Shown: one piece after another, positions 36,836-51,607 of the stretch
How the letters are laid out: the number at the start of each line of letters is the position of its first letter
Numbering within the stretch: position 1 is the first letter of the stretch
Assembly (NCBI GenBank): GCA_027604505.1
Contig: JADIIX010000001.1
Location: 62,001-126,000 of the forward strand
Source: Gonapodya sp. JEL0774
Lineage: Eukaryota
Direction: 5' to 3'
Length of the DNA stretch: 64,000 bases
Made by a program: the position numbers and the translations under genes
The notes under the pieces: generated by a model
The model's input: the letters and a program-made list of their open reading frames with translations, nothing else
Told to the model about the DNA's origin: nothing
Databases searched by the model: none

Positions 36836-39800
36836 TTATGCCCAAATTTTCAAGAACTGAGCCCCAAACTCGTCCCTGAGATCCTTGAACGCAATGAGTG
36901 TCTTCGGCTTCACGCTCAGGACTTGATTTCCGCTCTTTTCGCTCCCACCCGCCGCTGTGCTCAAGTCCTCTTCCTCATCCCATTGTCGAGGATCTTCCTC
37001 ATATGTGTCACTTTCAGTGCTATCGCCCTGATCGTCCTCCACGCTGTCTATTAAAGCGTACTCCTCATCACCACCAGATTGCATCACCTCCAATGAGACG
37101 CATATCGCTTTCAGAGCGAGGTGGAAGTCTTGTAAAGCGAACCAAACATCTCCCGCCCTCATCAAGTTCCCAGAGACAAGTGCTTTGGTTTGCCCTGATA
37201 CAAAGCTGTCTGTGAGTAACACGATCTACGTAGATGCAAAACACAACGCACCATGCGCCATGAAATCGAGTAGATATCGATTCAATTTCATTTCCGGCTT
37301 GCTTGAACCAGCTCTTTGTGTGATTGTGACAGCTTTTTGGCCGATAGGCAACGCCGAAGTGTCTAAGTGAAGTCCCTCGATGGCGTTCGTAGTCAGATCT
37401 TCCGCATCATCCCAGAAGTCGCCTTGTCCCGACAAAGCGGAAAATGGTGATCGCGCTAGACAGTCAGTTGAGATCAATGAGTTTGGGAGTCGGACAGACG
37501 AGTCAAGCGATGCGCCGACGGGAACCGTAGAGAGCGGAAGAGAAGGCGGAGCAGATGACCCATTTGAGAAGGCGAAGGCCCTGCCATAATTGGCGAACAC
37601 TTCCAATGCTCGTTCGTCATGTTCAGCGATCGCGCGAGCAGCTTGATCGGGGAGAGGTTCCAAAATCACCTTGGAAGGGTGCGAGCCGCGTTCTTTGAGA
37701 AAATGAGCTGTAATGTATGAAGGGAGAAACCGTCTGCCGAACAAGTGTGACAAGATGAGAAGCAACTGGTATTGGACGTAAACAGGGTCCTCGCTGAAGC
37801 TCTCGCAGATTGCATCAAAGACGCCAGCTGATAAGAGAGCAACAAAGTGAAAGTTGGCCGGCTCATGATAGTGGAGGTGAGCGAGCACACCAGCAGGACC
37901 TCGCAGCTGACCAGCATCATCCATGAGACCTTCCGTGACAAGATACTCCAGGGTGAAGAGAAATTTGTGAGACATTTGCTGGTGATCGACCCCATACGTA
38001 AACAGCGGCTGTTCAAGAACGTTGGTCACAAGTTTCTGCGCGGTAGACTTGTCCTTACTCTCATTGAAGAGAATCATTAATCGCAAAACCAAAGTCGTGG
38101 TCAGAGGGAAATGACCACGGAGGCGAGGAAGATTTGCAGTCATCAGCCGACGAACTTTCGGATGAGGAATCCCGTAAAAAACGACGTGACCTTGAGATGA
38201 AACGGATTGAGTAATCGCCTAAGTTGGTCGTTCACTCTCCCTCACCAACGTCGTCAAATCCGCGCCTCGCGGCCCGTCCACTCATTTGTCGATAGTTCAG
38301 AGCATTGAGATAAGGGCTATCCCCAAAGAAGATGACCGATCGACATGGCATGTTTATGCCCAGCGCAAGAGTGCCGGTTGCGATTACGAAAGACAAATAT
38401 CTCCTGCGGAACAGGACCTCGACGCACTGCAGATAGCTCTTATTGCATCCGGCATGGTGCACCCCGATTCCACGTTTCAAAGCAACAATTAAAGGGTTAT
38501 TGTTGCCATAAACGCGTCTTGCTGCTTTCGTGATCTCAGAATACTCCTCGTCATCCACACCATGTCCGCGACCTCGGAATGAGAACTCGGGATCCACATC
38601 AACCAACCACGCGGCCAGTGCGGGTTCCAATACTTCAACCACCTTTTTGGCTGGACCCTCGGGCTCAACATTCGTCCCGTCCTGGGATCTCTAAAATCAC
38701 GTACAAAATGAGAAAACAGAAGCGGCAGATGCCGCGCATGAAACTAACCTTGGGAGGCGCCCGCCTTTCCTTTATATCTCTATGTGCTTTAGCTTTGCGA
38801 TCAAGTTCATCCTTCCGTGCTTCCGCCTTTCTGACGAGCACCTCGTTCTCAGCACGCTTCCGCTCTTGTCTCGCCTCTAACTCATCATTCAGTGTTTCAG
38901 CGATGACGTTGCAAAAATTACGGTCAAAGCAAAATGCAATCGCTGGTAGCTTGTCCTCCAACTTTAGTTGATTCACCATATCGATGGCAGTTTCCAAATA
39001 AGTATCCGAGTCGGAAGCGGCTTCGTCGTTTATCTTGAACGTCTCCTGCAAGCCCAAGTCACTCACAACTTTTCTACAGAAGCCTTCCGTTTGAGAGCCC
39101 TGTTTGAGCCAGGACTTGAATACCTTCTTCAGCTCGTTCTCCCAATTTCTCACACTTTTCTTCGACAAACGGTGCTTTGTGGTGAAAAAGATCTCCGGCT
39201 CCAGGGGACGTAATAGCGCATGGCCATTTGATGATATCCACATCGTGTCGAATAGTTTGAGTGTTTCGAAAGGTGTTAGGGATAGATCGGCTGGATAACC
39301 TGCGCTCAAGATTTCTTGCACGCTGTGAAGGCAATCATGAGCGTTCCTGCAGAAGAATGACAAGAGACTCGGGCATATAGACTCACCGAATTTCAGAGAA
39401 GGGGTGAAGCCTGACAAATTCCCCTCCGTTGGCTTGGTTCAACCCGTCCTCACTCTTCCACTTTTTGGCAATGAACACGTACTTTACGAGATCTGAATAT
39501 CGCTCGTCGTACTTGATCATTCTCATCTCCACCCCGCGCTTCTTCTGTGCGTTTGCAAGCCACTGGTGGAACTTGGAAGGATTCCCGATTGTCGCGGACA
39601 AAGCGATAATCGGGCATTGCGCAAGTAATAAACAATGCTCCCACACCGCACCATCTTCCGAGTTGGAAATGCTGTGGACTTATCCCAACAGTCCACGCCA
39701 TCAATCCGTGGCTGGAATAAATCGAGTAGTTTTGTCTTACCTTCGTCAAATATTATGCGTCGGATTTTCTTGCACCAGTTTTCACGCGAAGATGAAAGAA

Positions 39801-42800
39801 GCAAGATCTCAAGTACTTGAGGAACTGTGATTAGAACCTGCCAACATAAAAATAAAAATCCACCAAAAGCGCGCCAAGTAGTTACAAAGTTAGTCACCTG
39901 GCATTTTTCTGCATTGAACTGTTCCACGTACCAACAGAAGTCGTGAATAGACTTACAAAGAGAAAGAAGCTGTACTCACTCGATAATCTTTGAGTTCGAA
40001 AATCGGCCATTAGCTTCGCAATCAGTTTGTGTTCATAACCGCTTGTTTGTCGGTGGCCCTCACCTCGCGTAAAAATCCCCCAAACTGATTTTTTCTCGCT
40101 TGTAACCAAACGAGCGTAGACTTCAGCAGCAACTTGGTTTGTGAGCGCTTTTGTAGGAGCAACATAGACTACAACGCCATCTGGAGAGTCCCGGAGAACT
40201 TTCTCCATCGAATAGTATGCCACAAATGTCTTGCCACTTGAAGTTGGCGCACAGACAAGAACAGACTCATTCCGGTCGATGATATCGAGCAAGTCTTTCT
40301 GCCAACGGTCTGGGACAAATTTGACTCTCGCATCCGGCACCTGAACAAAATTGCAAGGGAATGATGAGCCGTAGCACTAATTACCAGTTGTCGCCTTATC
40401 TTTTTTTACCTGATCAAAGTCTCTTTCTAATACCGATTCCATCTGTTCCAATTGAAAACGGACCGCCGACCAAGGAGCAGGTGTCTTTGAGGACTTGCTC
40501 TTCGAACCATTCCCACTAGAGCCTGTTGACATTCCAGGCAATCTCTGAATAGACTCTTCTATCTCGGGGAAACCGATCCTCCGAAAGATATCCGAAATCT
40601 CTGCCCACGCATTGGGCCAATCAATCCGTGTTCCACTGGATGAAGCGACACTACTAAGCGCAACGTGTTGCATCTGCCATGCCGTGCGAAACAGTTGACT
40701 CGCAACAAAGGCACCAAAGTTGTCCTCCGCCTTCCATTTTCCCGCTGCTTTCCAAACTTGGAACAGGACGTTTGCTCTCCTCAGTTGGGAGGTAACTTTT
40801 ACCGATGCTGGGGCTTGCTCGATTGCATGCAGAAAGACAGGGCTCGACACAAACTTGATCACGAGGTGAGGATTGTCGATCTCCTCAACTTGCCCAAAGA
40901 GATGGTCCATCTGCTCACGAGCCACTTTCTCGGCTTTCTGCGTCGACACGGCCATGTTGCGGTCAATGATCGCTTGAGCTTTAGAGCTTATCTTTCGTGC
41001 AATAGCATTGGGTTGCGGGCCCCCAAAAGAAGATTTGGTGATATGATGGTGAAGCTGGGAGCTCCCCGTGAGGCTCTGGGCATAGTTGCGGACAAAAGTG
41101 TAATACTGTTGTGTCCACCTGAGTTCAAGAGCTCGCTTTCTGGCTGCACTCAAGGGTCGCTTTCCAGGAATTGGAGTTCTTGGTGGCGGCTTTTGCCTTT
41201 TGTCCGGAACACGGGCCAGAGGATCTTTGAGGGGTCTCATTGCATGCCAATGGTGCGTTTCTCTATGGCGATGACTCTTGGATTCGATCGAGTTTACAGA
41301 GTCCGGAATTCTCGACTTTGGGATTTGGGGAAGGGGAGCAAACTTTGCTGTGATATGCGCTACGAGATCATGCTTGATTGGGATAAGGCCTTGGACCTTT
41401 GTTGCCGAGATTTCAGATCGGGCATCACGATTCCCTTTCTGGCTTGTGGGTTCAGGGCTCGCGATCCTCGTCAAGAACTGGCTTGGGAGACCAAATTCCA
41501 CTCGCCGCATCATATCCACCACATAATCCTGAGCGCTTTCGTTCAGACATTGCGCTGCAGCCACCCCGCCGTCTCGTCGCACTTCAGACACCATGGCTGT
41601 GAAGAGGCGGCCGTCGACCAAGTCTGCGAGTGGCTCGCCAGATAGCATGGTAATTGTTCGGCTCATTTCTTTGTAGGTTGCGATGAGAAATGCCACAGAG
41701 TCGTCGTCCAGGTCTGGCGCGTTGGAGAAGGAGCGTTGCGGGAGAGGAAGTGACTTTATGAAGGCGAGGTGAAGGAAGAAAGCTAGTGCGAGATGGGCAC
41801 ATGGCTTGATTTTCCTAATGATGTCGCCGAACCAAGAATCGGTGCGGGAGAGTCCAGTCCCATCAAGACGTGGTGACACCACCGAACAGTGCTGGCTGAT
41901 TGGTACGTGAGCGTCGTGTGCCCGGAGAGGGGTCTCCTTGAGGAAATCCATGTCCACCTTTTGGGCAGCTTGGACCAAGACTTGTCTGGGTTTGCCATAG
42001 AATGCAAACCCCCACACTTTTGGCCCCTTGAATTCAATGGGAAAGATGGCCTTTGCCGATAGAATAGTGATCGGCCAATGAAACAGTGAAATGCTGACAA
42101 AACATCATAATAGCCTTCCATCTTCACATACCACATTCACATTGCATGACAGCAATGACACGAGGTGGAGCTTTCCGTCAACTGAGAAGGGCTCTTCCAT
42201 TGTTGCACCGGTCGTGGTCGAGCCAAAAAGCCGACCTTCTTTCGGAGGAGGAGCTGTGACTGAAAGTAGCACAAACGCTGGCTCATGGCTGATGAGAAAG
42301 GTATCCCATTCGGGGGAGTAACGGGAACGAAACGTGTGGGACTTGATCGAGGTGTTCTGCTCCAAGTGCATCTTGCATATCTCGATATGGTACATGAAAA
42401 AGAGAGGTATGGAGCAAGATATGAATTGCGCTTTCAAAATCTTTACCTGCAAGAAGAGACTTCCTTCCGCCGACCAGCGTTCAGGGTGGTTCTGGACTTG
42501 CTGTAAACTGTCCTCGAACCAAACGAGCTGAAACTTGCAATCTCTCGCAGTGAGATTATTCAAAAATTTCTCGAAGCACCACACGAAATGGGCAAGCTGC
42601 CCTCCATGGGTAAAGTCGACCTTGGTGACATCACGACGCTTGTTGAATTTCTGTTGATCTGGCTTCAAAATGAGTCGACTGACCGATTCGCGAGCTATGA
42701 TATCCGATGCAAGCCCCACTCCATCAATGAGAAAGCGTTCCGTACCGCCAAAGTCATCGACAAGATCAACTGTGTGTCAAATTGTTTTAGTAATGAATCC

Positions 42801-42898
42801 AAAACCGTCCCGCACAGAGATACCTGTGCGACTTCACACTCACTATACATAGGCGATAGTGTTGCGAACGCCACCCGCAGCTCCCTTTTACTGTCCAT
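36836..42898 (-). CDS. DDX60-like Ski2-family DExH RNA helicase, spliced
   Basis: [95 protein letters not shown]. Confidence 0.9.
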
Positions 42899-43482
42899 CT
42901 TTCGGTTTGTCGTGTTCCCCGAAGAGGTAGGTGTCCACGGAATGTCCACCGTGCACAAACACTTTTGTTTATTTGTTTGTGTCAGGGCGGCAACCACGAT
43001 ATATTGTAGAGTTGACGGCTCTCCAAGCAGCACTGTGATTATCAAGGCGGATGTACTGCCCGTACTTATCCATCGCGAATTGTTTGATTTACTGAGTTCC
43101 ACAGAATATATGGTGAGCATGTTTGGAGACTGTTAAGTCGAGTTTTCTCGAGTTGCACGACATTGGCACTCGTGAATCTGAGCATGGGGAGTTGATCCCA
43201 TCCCTGTAGGTGCGGACACCCGCTGTAAAAATGGCGTGATCAGCCCCCTCCGCCAATCCAGTGGCGGCAACGGTTTTGCGTTTTGCCATTTGCAAACACC
43301 GTGGTGAATACAACAGAACTCATTCAAACTTCCCCGCTCCGAAATATCTTTGTGAGCGTCGTCAACTGCGGAAGGTTCTCCCACGTCCGGTTGCCTCCTC
43401 CTCATCTCTTCCACCTTGCCCCCCTTACCCCCGCAAAACCTCTGACAACACGTGATTCTAAACAAATCGGATTCAAGCACTG

Positions 43483-46400
43483 ATGGGTGGCACTTCTCGT
43501 AAGTCATCGCTCGGGTGACTTTCGATTCAACATTGTTGGCTTCGTTCGCGTTGCGACTATCAACCGTCCGCGTGTTCTTGTAACCACCAAACGACAGTTT
43601 TCGATGGAGCGAATCCTATAGCGCCTTCCAACATCTTATCTCTCCTCATCGTGCAAATCCTTGTGGTTATTTGTGTCACCCGCCTGCTCTCCATTCCGTT
43701 GCAACGGTTGCACCAACCCCGTGTGATTGCCGAGGTTGTCGGAGGAATTATACTGGGACCTTCAGTTTTAGGCAACTGGAGCGCTTTTAGCAGCAATGTT
43801 TTCCCTCCTGCTTCGCTTTCATGTACGTTTCACCCATTCGAGGTAGAGCAATGGTGGTTATGTGTGAGGCTATGGGGAAGTAACATTTGCAACAACAACA
43901 GACTTGAAGGCATTCGCGGACATTGGATTGATCTTTTTCATGTTCCTCATTGGGCTTGAGCTGGACCTCAGTACCTTTCAGGCGAACATAAGGAGATCTA
44001 TTGTCATTGCGGGTTCGGGCCTCATTGGCCCGTTCGCGGTTTCCGCGCCCGTGGGATACCTCCTCTACACAAAGTATGGAGCGAGCACTGCCTCGGTGGG
44101 CAATTTTATTTTCTTCATCATGGTGTCCATGTCTATTACAGTGAGTTGTTTGCGACCCCGTCATGTCACGACCTTCTTCGGAAAAAAGCTCTTTCCCGCC
44201 CTCAGGCTTTCCCGGTGCTTGCCCGTATTTTATCGGACCACAACCTTTTTCACACCAGAGTCGGTATCACAGCCATCTCCGCGGCCTCCATAGACGACGC
44301 TGTCGGATGGTGCCTCCTCGCACTGGTTGTGGCGATTGTATCCGCCAACTCTGCTCTGAGTGCGCTGTGGTCCTTCCTTTGTGGAGTCGCTTGGGTTCTC
44401 TTTATGCTCTTCTTTGTTCGCAGAGGTATGTGAAGTTGCATTGGTCACCCACCGCTCGTGTTCTGCCACCTCATAGAATTCGCGTTTAGTTTTGGTTCAC
44501 CTAGTGAAACTCTCTGCAACCCACGAAACTCTCAGTACAAGCTTGATTTTCTTGGTTTATTTCATGGTTCTTATCAGCAGCTGGGTCACCGAAGCAATAG
44601 GTGCGTTCTCGCTTCTGCGCTGTCCTCGCCCGCGGAACTCAATGCAAATCACTTCATTGACCTTGTGATAGGTATTCATGCTATCTTTGGAGCGTTTATT
44701 CTCGGTCTCGTGGTTCCTCACGAGGACGGATTCGCCATCCAGTTGACCGAGAAGACTGAAGATTTTGTCGCTATTTTGCTTGTTCCACTGTGAGTTTCGA
44801 AGTTCTTGCGAACGGCAAGATTATCGTTCCACTGACATCCGTAATTGCTCAAGATATTTTGCGAACTCGGGTCTGAGGACAAAGATTGGACTTCTCGACG
44901 ATGCAACAGCGTGGGGTATGGTTATTCTCGTCATCACTTGCGCTTGCACAGGAAAGATATTCGGCGCAACTTTTGCGTCAAGGTGGCTTGGTCTATCATG
45001 GAGGGAGAGCTGGTCCGTTGGATTTTTGATGAACACCAAAGGATTGGGTGAGTTTTCCGTGGAGACAGGCAATGTTTTGTTCGCATTCAGCCGCACATTT
45101 CTGAGTCCTGTTTCACAGTTGAGCTCATCGTTCTGAATGTCGGACTGGACGCTGGTGTAATCAGCGAAAAAGTCTTCGTCATAATGACCATAATGGGTGA
45201 GAATCGTTGCGCTAGGGTCGGCATTGCCTTGAGCTTGACGAGTTTCTCAATCTGCACACTTAAAGCCATATTCACGACTTTGATGACGAGTCCGATCATA
45301 ACTTACATTTATCCGTCCAAACACCATGTTCACGAGACCGGATTCGGGGGCTCTGGCGAAGCTCGCACTATGCAACGCACGAAAACGACAATGAGCATCA
45401 TTCGCGAAGTCGAACTCCTGAGCTCATCAAACGCTCCCGCAGCCGAAGCATCTGAGCTGAAGGTTTTGGTCTGCTTGTTTGAACAGCGCTCCCTTCCGGG
45501 CTTTATGTCGCTGGTGCAGATGCTCGACTCGTCCAAGAAGTTGTTGCTGGGTGATTCCGAGAAGAAGGCTCCCGAATCTGATCTCAAAACCGGGCAAGAG
45601 GAGAGCACCTCTGTTACATCACCTGTGGTCTCTGTGGTTGCGCTGAGGCTCATTGAACTGACCGATCGTACGTCAGCAGTTATGGCTGGAATCGAAGAAC
45701 AAACGACCATCCTGGTAAGTGGTCAAACCCGACCAGTTCCATTTTTCACTGACATTTGAATGCTGATTGTGGCAACAGAGAGATCCGTTGTTGAATGTGT
45801 TCCGCACTTTTGCAGCCCTCAATAAGATACAGTGCTTTCCCGCGGTGGCAATCCGGAAACCAGAACTATTTGGCGAGGAAATCGTTACATATGTGAACGA
45901 AGCCGGGACAGGCCTCGTGTTGGTTCCCTTTGATGCAAAAATTGAAGGCGATGGCTGGTTTGAGCAGCACCAATCTTCCAAGGTGGGTCTCGATCTTCGA
46001 CTGCGTGTAGGGATACTTGTTTAGGCAGCTTCCCTTTCTCCCACGAAAAGGCAATTTTGGCAAGTGTGTTTGCCGAATCACGTGCAACAGTGGGCGCGTT
46101 CGTGGACAATGGATTCGGAGGATTTTACGATTCCATGCTCGGCACTTCTGCGACTTGGGTCAACCCTCGTGATCGCGGCGATACCATGATCCCACCCGCC
46201 TCTTCTGCTCTCAACTCGCATACGGCTGTGGACGTTCCGGACCTCAAGAAGTCTGGAGTGGAATCCACCACCACCAGTGGAAGGATGACAGTCATGGTCC
46301 TCTTCTTTGGAGGAGCGGACGATCGTTCAGCCGTGGGGCTATCAATCAGATTCCTCGCATACCCTGGAGTCTCTGTTGAGATTGTTCGAGTGTTGGTGGA

Positions 46401-47121
46401 CTCAGTGACGCCATCCGGTGACGACACAAAGCTATGGGAGGGAATCCAGCAGGGTATTGAGAAGAAGCGGTTCGGAGACTTTACGAGCAACATTACAATT
46501 AAAACCCTCACTTTGGATGCCCAGAAGCAAGAGAAACTTATTGCAACAGTTTTACTACAAGCTGCGCAGCTCGGGAAACAAGACCTGGTGTTGTGTGGCA
46601 GAGGAGCCCTTGCGCATATTCGCAAGTCAGTACCCTCAGAGCGGCAGCTATCGGCAGTCCTTTCGGACTCTGATGGCGCCGCTTTGGTGGTGTCTGGGGG
46701 TGGAGTGGAAGGAGAGTTGGTGAGTTTCCATGATGTTTTTTAAAATTCAAAATTGCAATTTCACCGTGTGAACTACCAGGTGGCTCCCACACCTGCCTCT
46801 CGCGTGGCATCTTGGATTAGTCGCTCAATGGGGGGACCTTCTGCCCACGGCTCTGCCTCGAATATTAACACAGTCGCTGATCACATTAGCGATGTGTCCG
46901 TTTTTGGAACCATCGGTGGTGAGCTGGTGAGCGCGACGCACGCACTCCCTATAAAACCCGTGGTGCATTCGAGGACTCGTAGCCAGCAAGATTCTGGAGC
47001 AGGTGGAAGCGGAAATAGCCTGCCGGATCCATTGCTGGTCAGGGCGAGTGTATTGATCGTAAGGGCATCGTTTTCAGGGGATTTGGATGAGCCTATTCAA
47101 GTTGCGACGAACGTGGTTTGA
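43483..47121 (+). CDS. KHA1: K+/H+ antiporter, CPA2 family (Kha1-like), spliced
   Basis: QPRVIAEVVGGIILGPS, FMFLIGLELD, ITA|FPVLARIL, AASIDDAVGW, GIHAIFGAF, YFANSGLRT, LMNTKGL|VELIVLNVG, FFGGADDR. Confidence 0.93.
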
Positions 47122-47566
47122 AGAACGATAATTTTACGGACTTTCTAGTTGTCGAATGTTAGAACCAGAGTGTTACAGAAAAGACGTGTAGACCAGCCAA
47201 GTATTCAAAGAATTATCTATTTACAGTCAACACAAATCAAAAGTACGGAACAGTGCAAGGTTTACGTTAAGAGACAAAGACAGACAGGACAGAGAACACA
47301 ACTAGGCAATCAGCACGACCCAAAATGAATACAGACCATCGTCGAGGCGCTCGCTGTGTACGGGTTGTTGCTTCTAAGGGAAACTCATCATTCGTCCGCC
47401 CACTTCAACTTGGACTTCTGTAGCAACTTCCACTTGATAAGCCACAACCCCTCGGGAGGCCTTTATGGGACAAAACGCACAGAAAAACAAAATAGGGAGA
47501 AGAAGGAGAACAGAGGAACATGTATCGACCGTTTGTCAACTGGAAACAAAGCTCAGGACCCGCAAC

Positions 47567-50500
47567 TCACCCAAAACGCTCCTCCAAAAACGATTTCGAA
47601 AACTCCCTACTCAAGCCCATCACATTCTGGTACCCCAACGTCTTCAGTCTCCCACACCTTTCGATCATCCTCTGTAAAGCATTATCCCCACTCCTGCTTC
47701 CCCAAACGGGGTCTGATTCCGACCATAACGGACCACCAGGCTCGTGCGGCAGATGACGGGGAACACGTGGATCCACAGGTGGAGGCGGAGGGGTCGGGTG
47801 TCGGCTGGGAAGTGGTGCCATTGTCTCATTAGCACCACCTTGACCCTGAGCATGGTGTGAATTCCAATCCCCTTCACCACTGATACGGTCAGTTTCCATC
47901 GGAGACGATGACAGCGCCGTCCCAGAAGCATGCACAGAGCGCAAGCCATCCCAAATACGGGACGTCGGCCTTGGTCTCTTCACTCGGAAATCCAATGCAC
48001 CGAAATCAATAGTGTCAACCATGGAACCATCTCCCCCGCACAGTTCCGCAATAGCCATGGCGACAACGTAAGAGCCCGTGGGTCCCTCCATACAGCGTTT
48101 GGGACCCTTCGCGTTCGCACCCCACTGAGGAATCTCAACGACCACCTTTCCGACTGCGAAGCCTGCGTCACCATCATCTTTTGTACCGGCTAGCACCACC
48201 CCAGAGCAGTCCTCGACGTCCATCATCTTCACTCTAGTTCCCAAGCTCGCAAGCCAACCAACCACGCCTCGCACCGTCACCCGAGAACGTGGCATGCACA
48301 GGGTCTCCACCCGGCCTCTCTGGGCAACTTCCTTCAAACAACCATCATCCCAGTTCTCCTGAGAGAAGTAAAGAATGATAGCTTTCAATCCGGGGTGCCC
48401 TGCAAGGCACCCCAACGCCTCCCTCGACAATGGGGGAGCTGCAACTGCGAACCTCTCCAATTGTGGTAGGGCCGCTGGCAAGGCAAGACACGCTGCCTCT
48501 GCATCTTCCACACGCTGGTCAAGCCTTAATTCCAAAGAATGCAAGTGCGGATGCAAAGCCGACAACGCTGGGGATATGAGGTGTGCGAGAGGATGCGGAT
48601 GGTAGGTGAACCCTCCCAATTGCAAGGTCGTGATCGGGAGCGGAGTGATGCGAGTTGGCGGCAGTACCTTTAGAGAGGAGGGCACGAAATGTCGCAACGG
48701 CTGTAAAGCGCGTTCGGCGAGCTCCTCTGCTGGACCATCCACGTCATCAAATCCTACACCCAAACCACGCCACAGATCGTCCACGCCAGCGACACCACTA
48801 CCGAAACCTTCGTGGCCCTGTGCCCACCGCTCATCCTCGAGCATCCACTGCACTCGTCCACGGGGCAGCCGATCCTCCGCAGTCCCTTCCTCGACATAGT
48901 ACACCCCAGGATCCACTTGCGATTCCGTGCTCAGAACACCCTCTTTCTTTTGCACCTGATCGTTTTCCCGAGTTGTGTCCAACTCATCGTCCAAACCAGC
49001 TTTGATCGGCTCTCCTGCGCCACCCACCCGGTACGTCCAACTGCGTACCTCCTCACGACGGGCAGCATCGGCTGCGGCAAGTTCCCGTGCGACAGAGAGA
49101 GAGGATGGGCTTCGGAGGACGGGAATAGAACTGAGGAGAGAGCTGGGGTCCGCACCCCTGAGACATGGATATTAGAGAGCGATATGGAAATGAAGTGTCA
49201 TGGTCCCAACTTCTTGCAAAGGTAACCCTCGCTCAAAGAAACACGACTCACCATAAATGTCCCGTCCAACACTCTTCCAACGGACAGGCCCTCATAACTT
49301 CGTCCAGCATACGACTGCTGGCAGGTGTGAGTATTAAATTGTTGGAAGAAGACAGGTCGAGGACTTTCAAACTGCACGGAGTCAAAATCGGTGTGCGGTG
49401 CGGAACAACGGGAGAGATGATAGAACATCAGGTTTACTGTTTCGATTACAACAGTTCACCACACCGCGAATCGCAGACTCACTGTCTCAACCCACGCGAC
49501 CACACTTCGCTGCGTCTGATCCACTCAACCACACTCACGTCCCCATGTGAGGACGGTCGCGTATTCCGCACGCCCGGATGACCCACAACCGCCTTGACCC
49601 ACCCATCAGCATGCTGAGGTGCATCTGAGAACTCGGGGTTGCGGAGTACAGTGAGATTAGGGCAAGTGTGTACAAGGAGAGCGAGCGTAGGGAGAGTAAG
49701 GCGACCGCCGAGAGGGATAGGTAGGGAGAGCGGTTGGCGCAGGAAGGAAGTAGATGGATGCGAACTTGTTCCGGAGGGGGGGCTGGGGAGACGAGAACTG
49801 AGTCGATGGGAGAGGGAAAGAACCCCCCGTGGTCCGGAAACAAAGACCGTTGAAGCGGATGAGGCCGCTGTGTCTGCTAGGATCGATATGGACACGTCAA
49901 CGTCTTCTGGGCCACGTTCGGGATTTCTTGTTTCCGCGTTTGCACCGCATCGTGAGCCATCCAAAGCAGCAGTGGCTTTTATCGCATCGCGTACAGCTCC
50001 ACCTTGACGGGCTGACGCTTGCCAGAACCATTCTAGGACGGCGGGGTGTGGGCGGGTAGGATGAATGTTGGAAGTGATGGGATGGGAAAGAATCACGAAG
50101 CTAGGTGCAGGTGGCGGTGGTGGGGAGGCGAGTGGTGCAAGTGGCGATGATACAGTGGTGAGAGATGTGGAGACGATCGGAGGGTGAGAAGAAAAGGGGT
50201 GGGGCGGGGGGTGAGGAGGAGGTAGGAGTGGGGCGATCGTTGTGTCTGTGGTTTGAGGCACGGTATTCGTCCCAACGCCGCTTGAGCTTGAACTTGCGGG
50301 AGTTTCAACAGAATTGGCCACCAAAATTGGTACGTCGTTGGCTGGATCACTGGGACCTGATTCCGAGCTGCCTCCTACAGCAGCCTCCACATCAGAACCA
50401 TCCACCACACTCGAATTTCCAAATCCGGCCCAGCCATTGTCCAATACAACCTCGGTTGATGGATTATTCGCATCCTCCATGTCTTCGTCTTCATCATCGT

Positions 50501-51607
50501 CTTCTCCGTCTCCGTCTTCTTCTTCTTCATCAGTCATGTTCACGTCCAATGACTGTTCATGAGAATGGAGGCCAGAAGAAGGCTTGGACGGTACATAAGG
50601 CGCATGATCAAGGATGTCCCAAGGGTGGACATAGTGGTACTCCAACGGAAGTATGAGTTTCGAAAGATTAGACTTGTCAGTGAAGAGTGCGAAAGCGAGG
50701 AGTTCATTGTCTGAGAGGCCAGATCTGACGAGGCGGGAGAGAATGAGTTCCCTGATGTGGGATGTAAGGTGGGAGTGGAGCCTGGGTGGTAGGACGTCTG
50801 AGGTGGACGCACGGGGCATCCTCGCGAGCTCTAAATCGGCCTCCCACCAGGCATGACAAGTTGCTAGAAAACGCCTGAAACAAGCGAGCGAGGTTGGGGC
50901 AACACGAGAATACAGTTGTGGGAGCGCAACCGAGGCGAACGTTCGGTTGGTCAAGGCGAGTGCCGCAAGCGTGCGCTGGCGTACGGCGTCGAAGTCAACA
51001 ACAGAATGCTCTGAATGCAGTGAAGGCGTGGAGAATGAATGACCAGAGCCGTTGTGATGACGAGTTCCCGGGCGCGCAGCCCAGGAGACGATGCATTCAA
51101 TGACTGGGTGCGGGAGATGCCACTGAGCTCGCGAACTTTCATATCGCTGCTCCGGATTGCGTCCGCCTTGTCTCTCGCGAATCTCTTGTCCCTCTTCCAG
51201 CTCAAAACCTGATGGTTCCCGAGGTTCATCGTCGCGGGCCTTCCCTTTGTAATTGCTGCACCATCCATCTTCTTTGAGGCCACCATCATTATTCGGATAC
51301 ATCTCGTATCCGTTTTCCTTGTCCCCGATTCGCATACGACCGATGCACTTCCGATTCAAAAACACTCGTTTGCAATACTCTGTAATCGTCGAGCCACGCT
51401 CCAAGTCGTCCACCTTTCCCTTCGCTTTCCCTGTTGCTGTGATGGACTTTCGCCTTTGTCGTGCCTCGGCTTCTCCGGAGGTGAAACTCCAAGGTCGCCC
51501 TCGCTTTTTGAGAAGTGCTCCGGCGGCACACCCAACTTCGTGGACCCTGGAAGTCGGAACCTGCCCTGGGTTTTATCATCCACCTTGTATTGAAGCACAT
51601 TCCGCAT
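47567..51607 (-). CDS. Large F-box-like / RNI-like LRR protein with acidic and Pro-rich inserts, spliced
   Basis: HLPHPVIECIV..TLAALALTNRTFASVALPQLY, CPNLTVL, LKVLDLS, CGRLKTL. Long ORFs 49479-51413 and 47567-49027. Start uncertain. Confidence 0.6.

Noticed and set aside
40665..41645. 326-aa plus-strand ORF
   Set aside because: Antisense shadow of the large DDX60-like exon.
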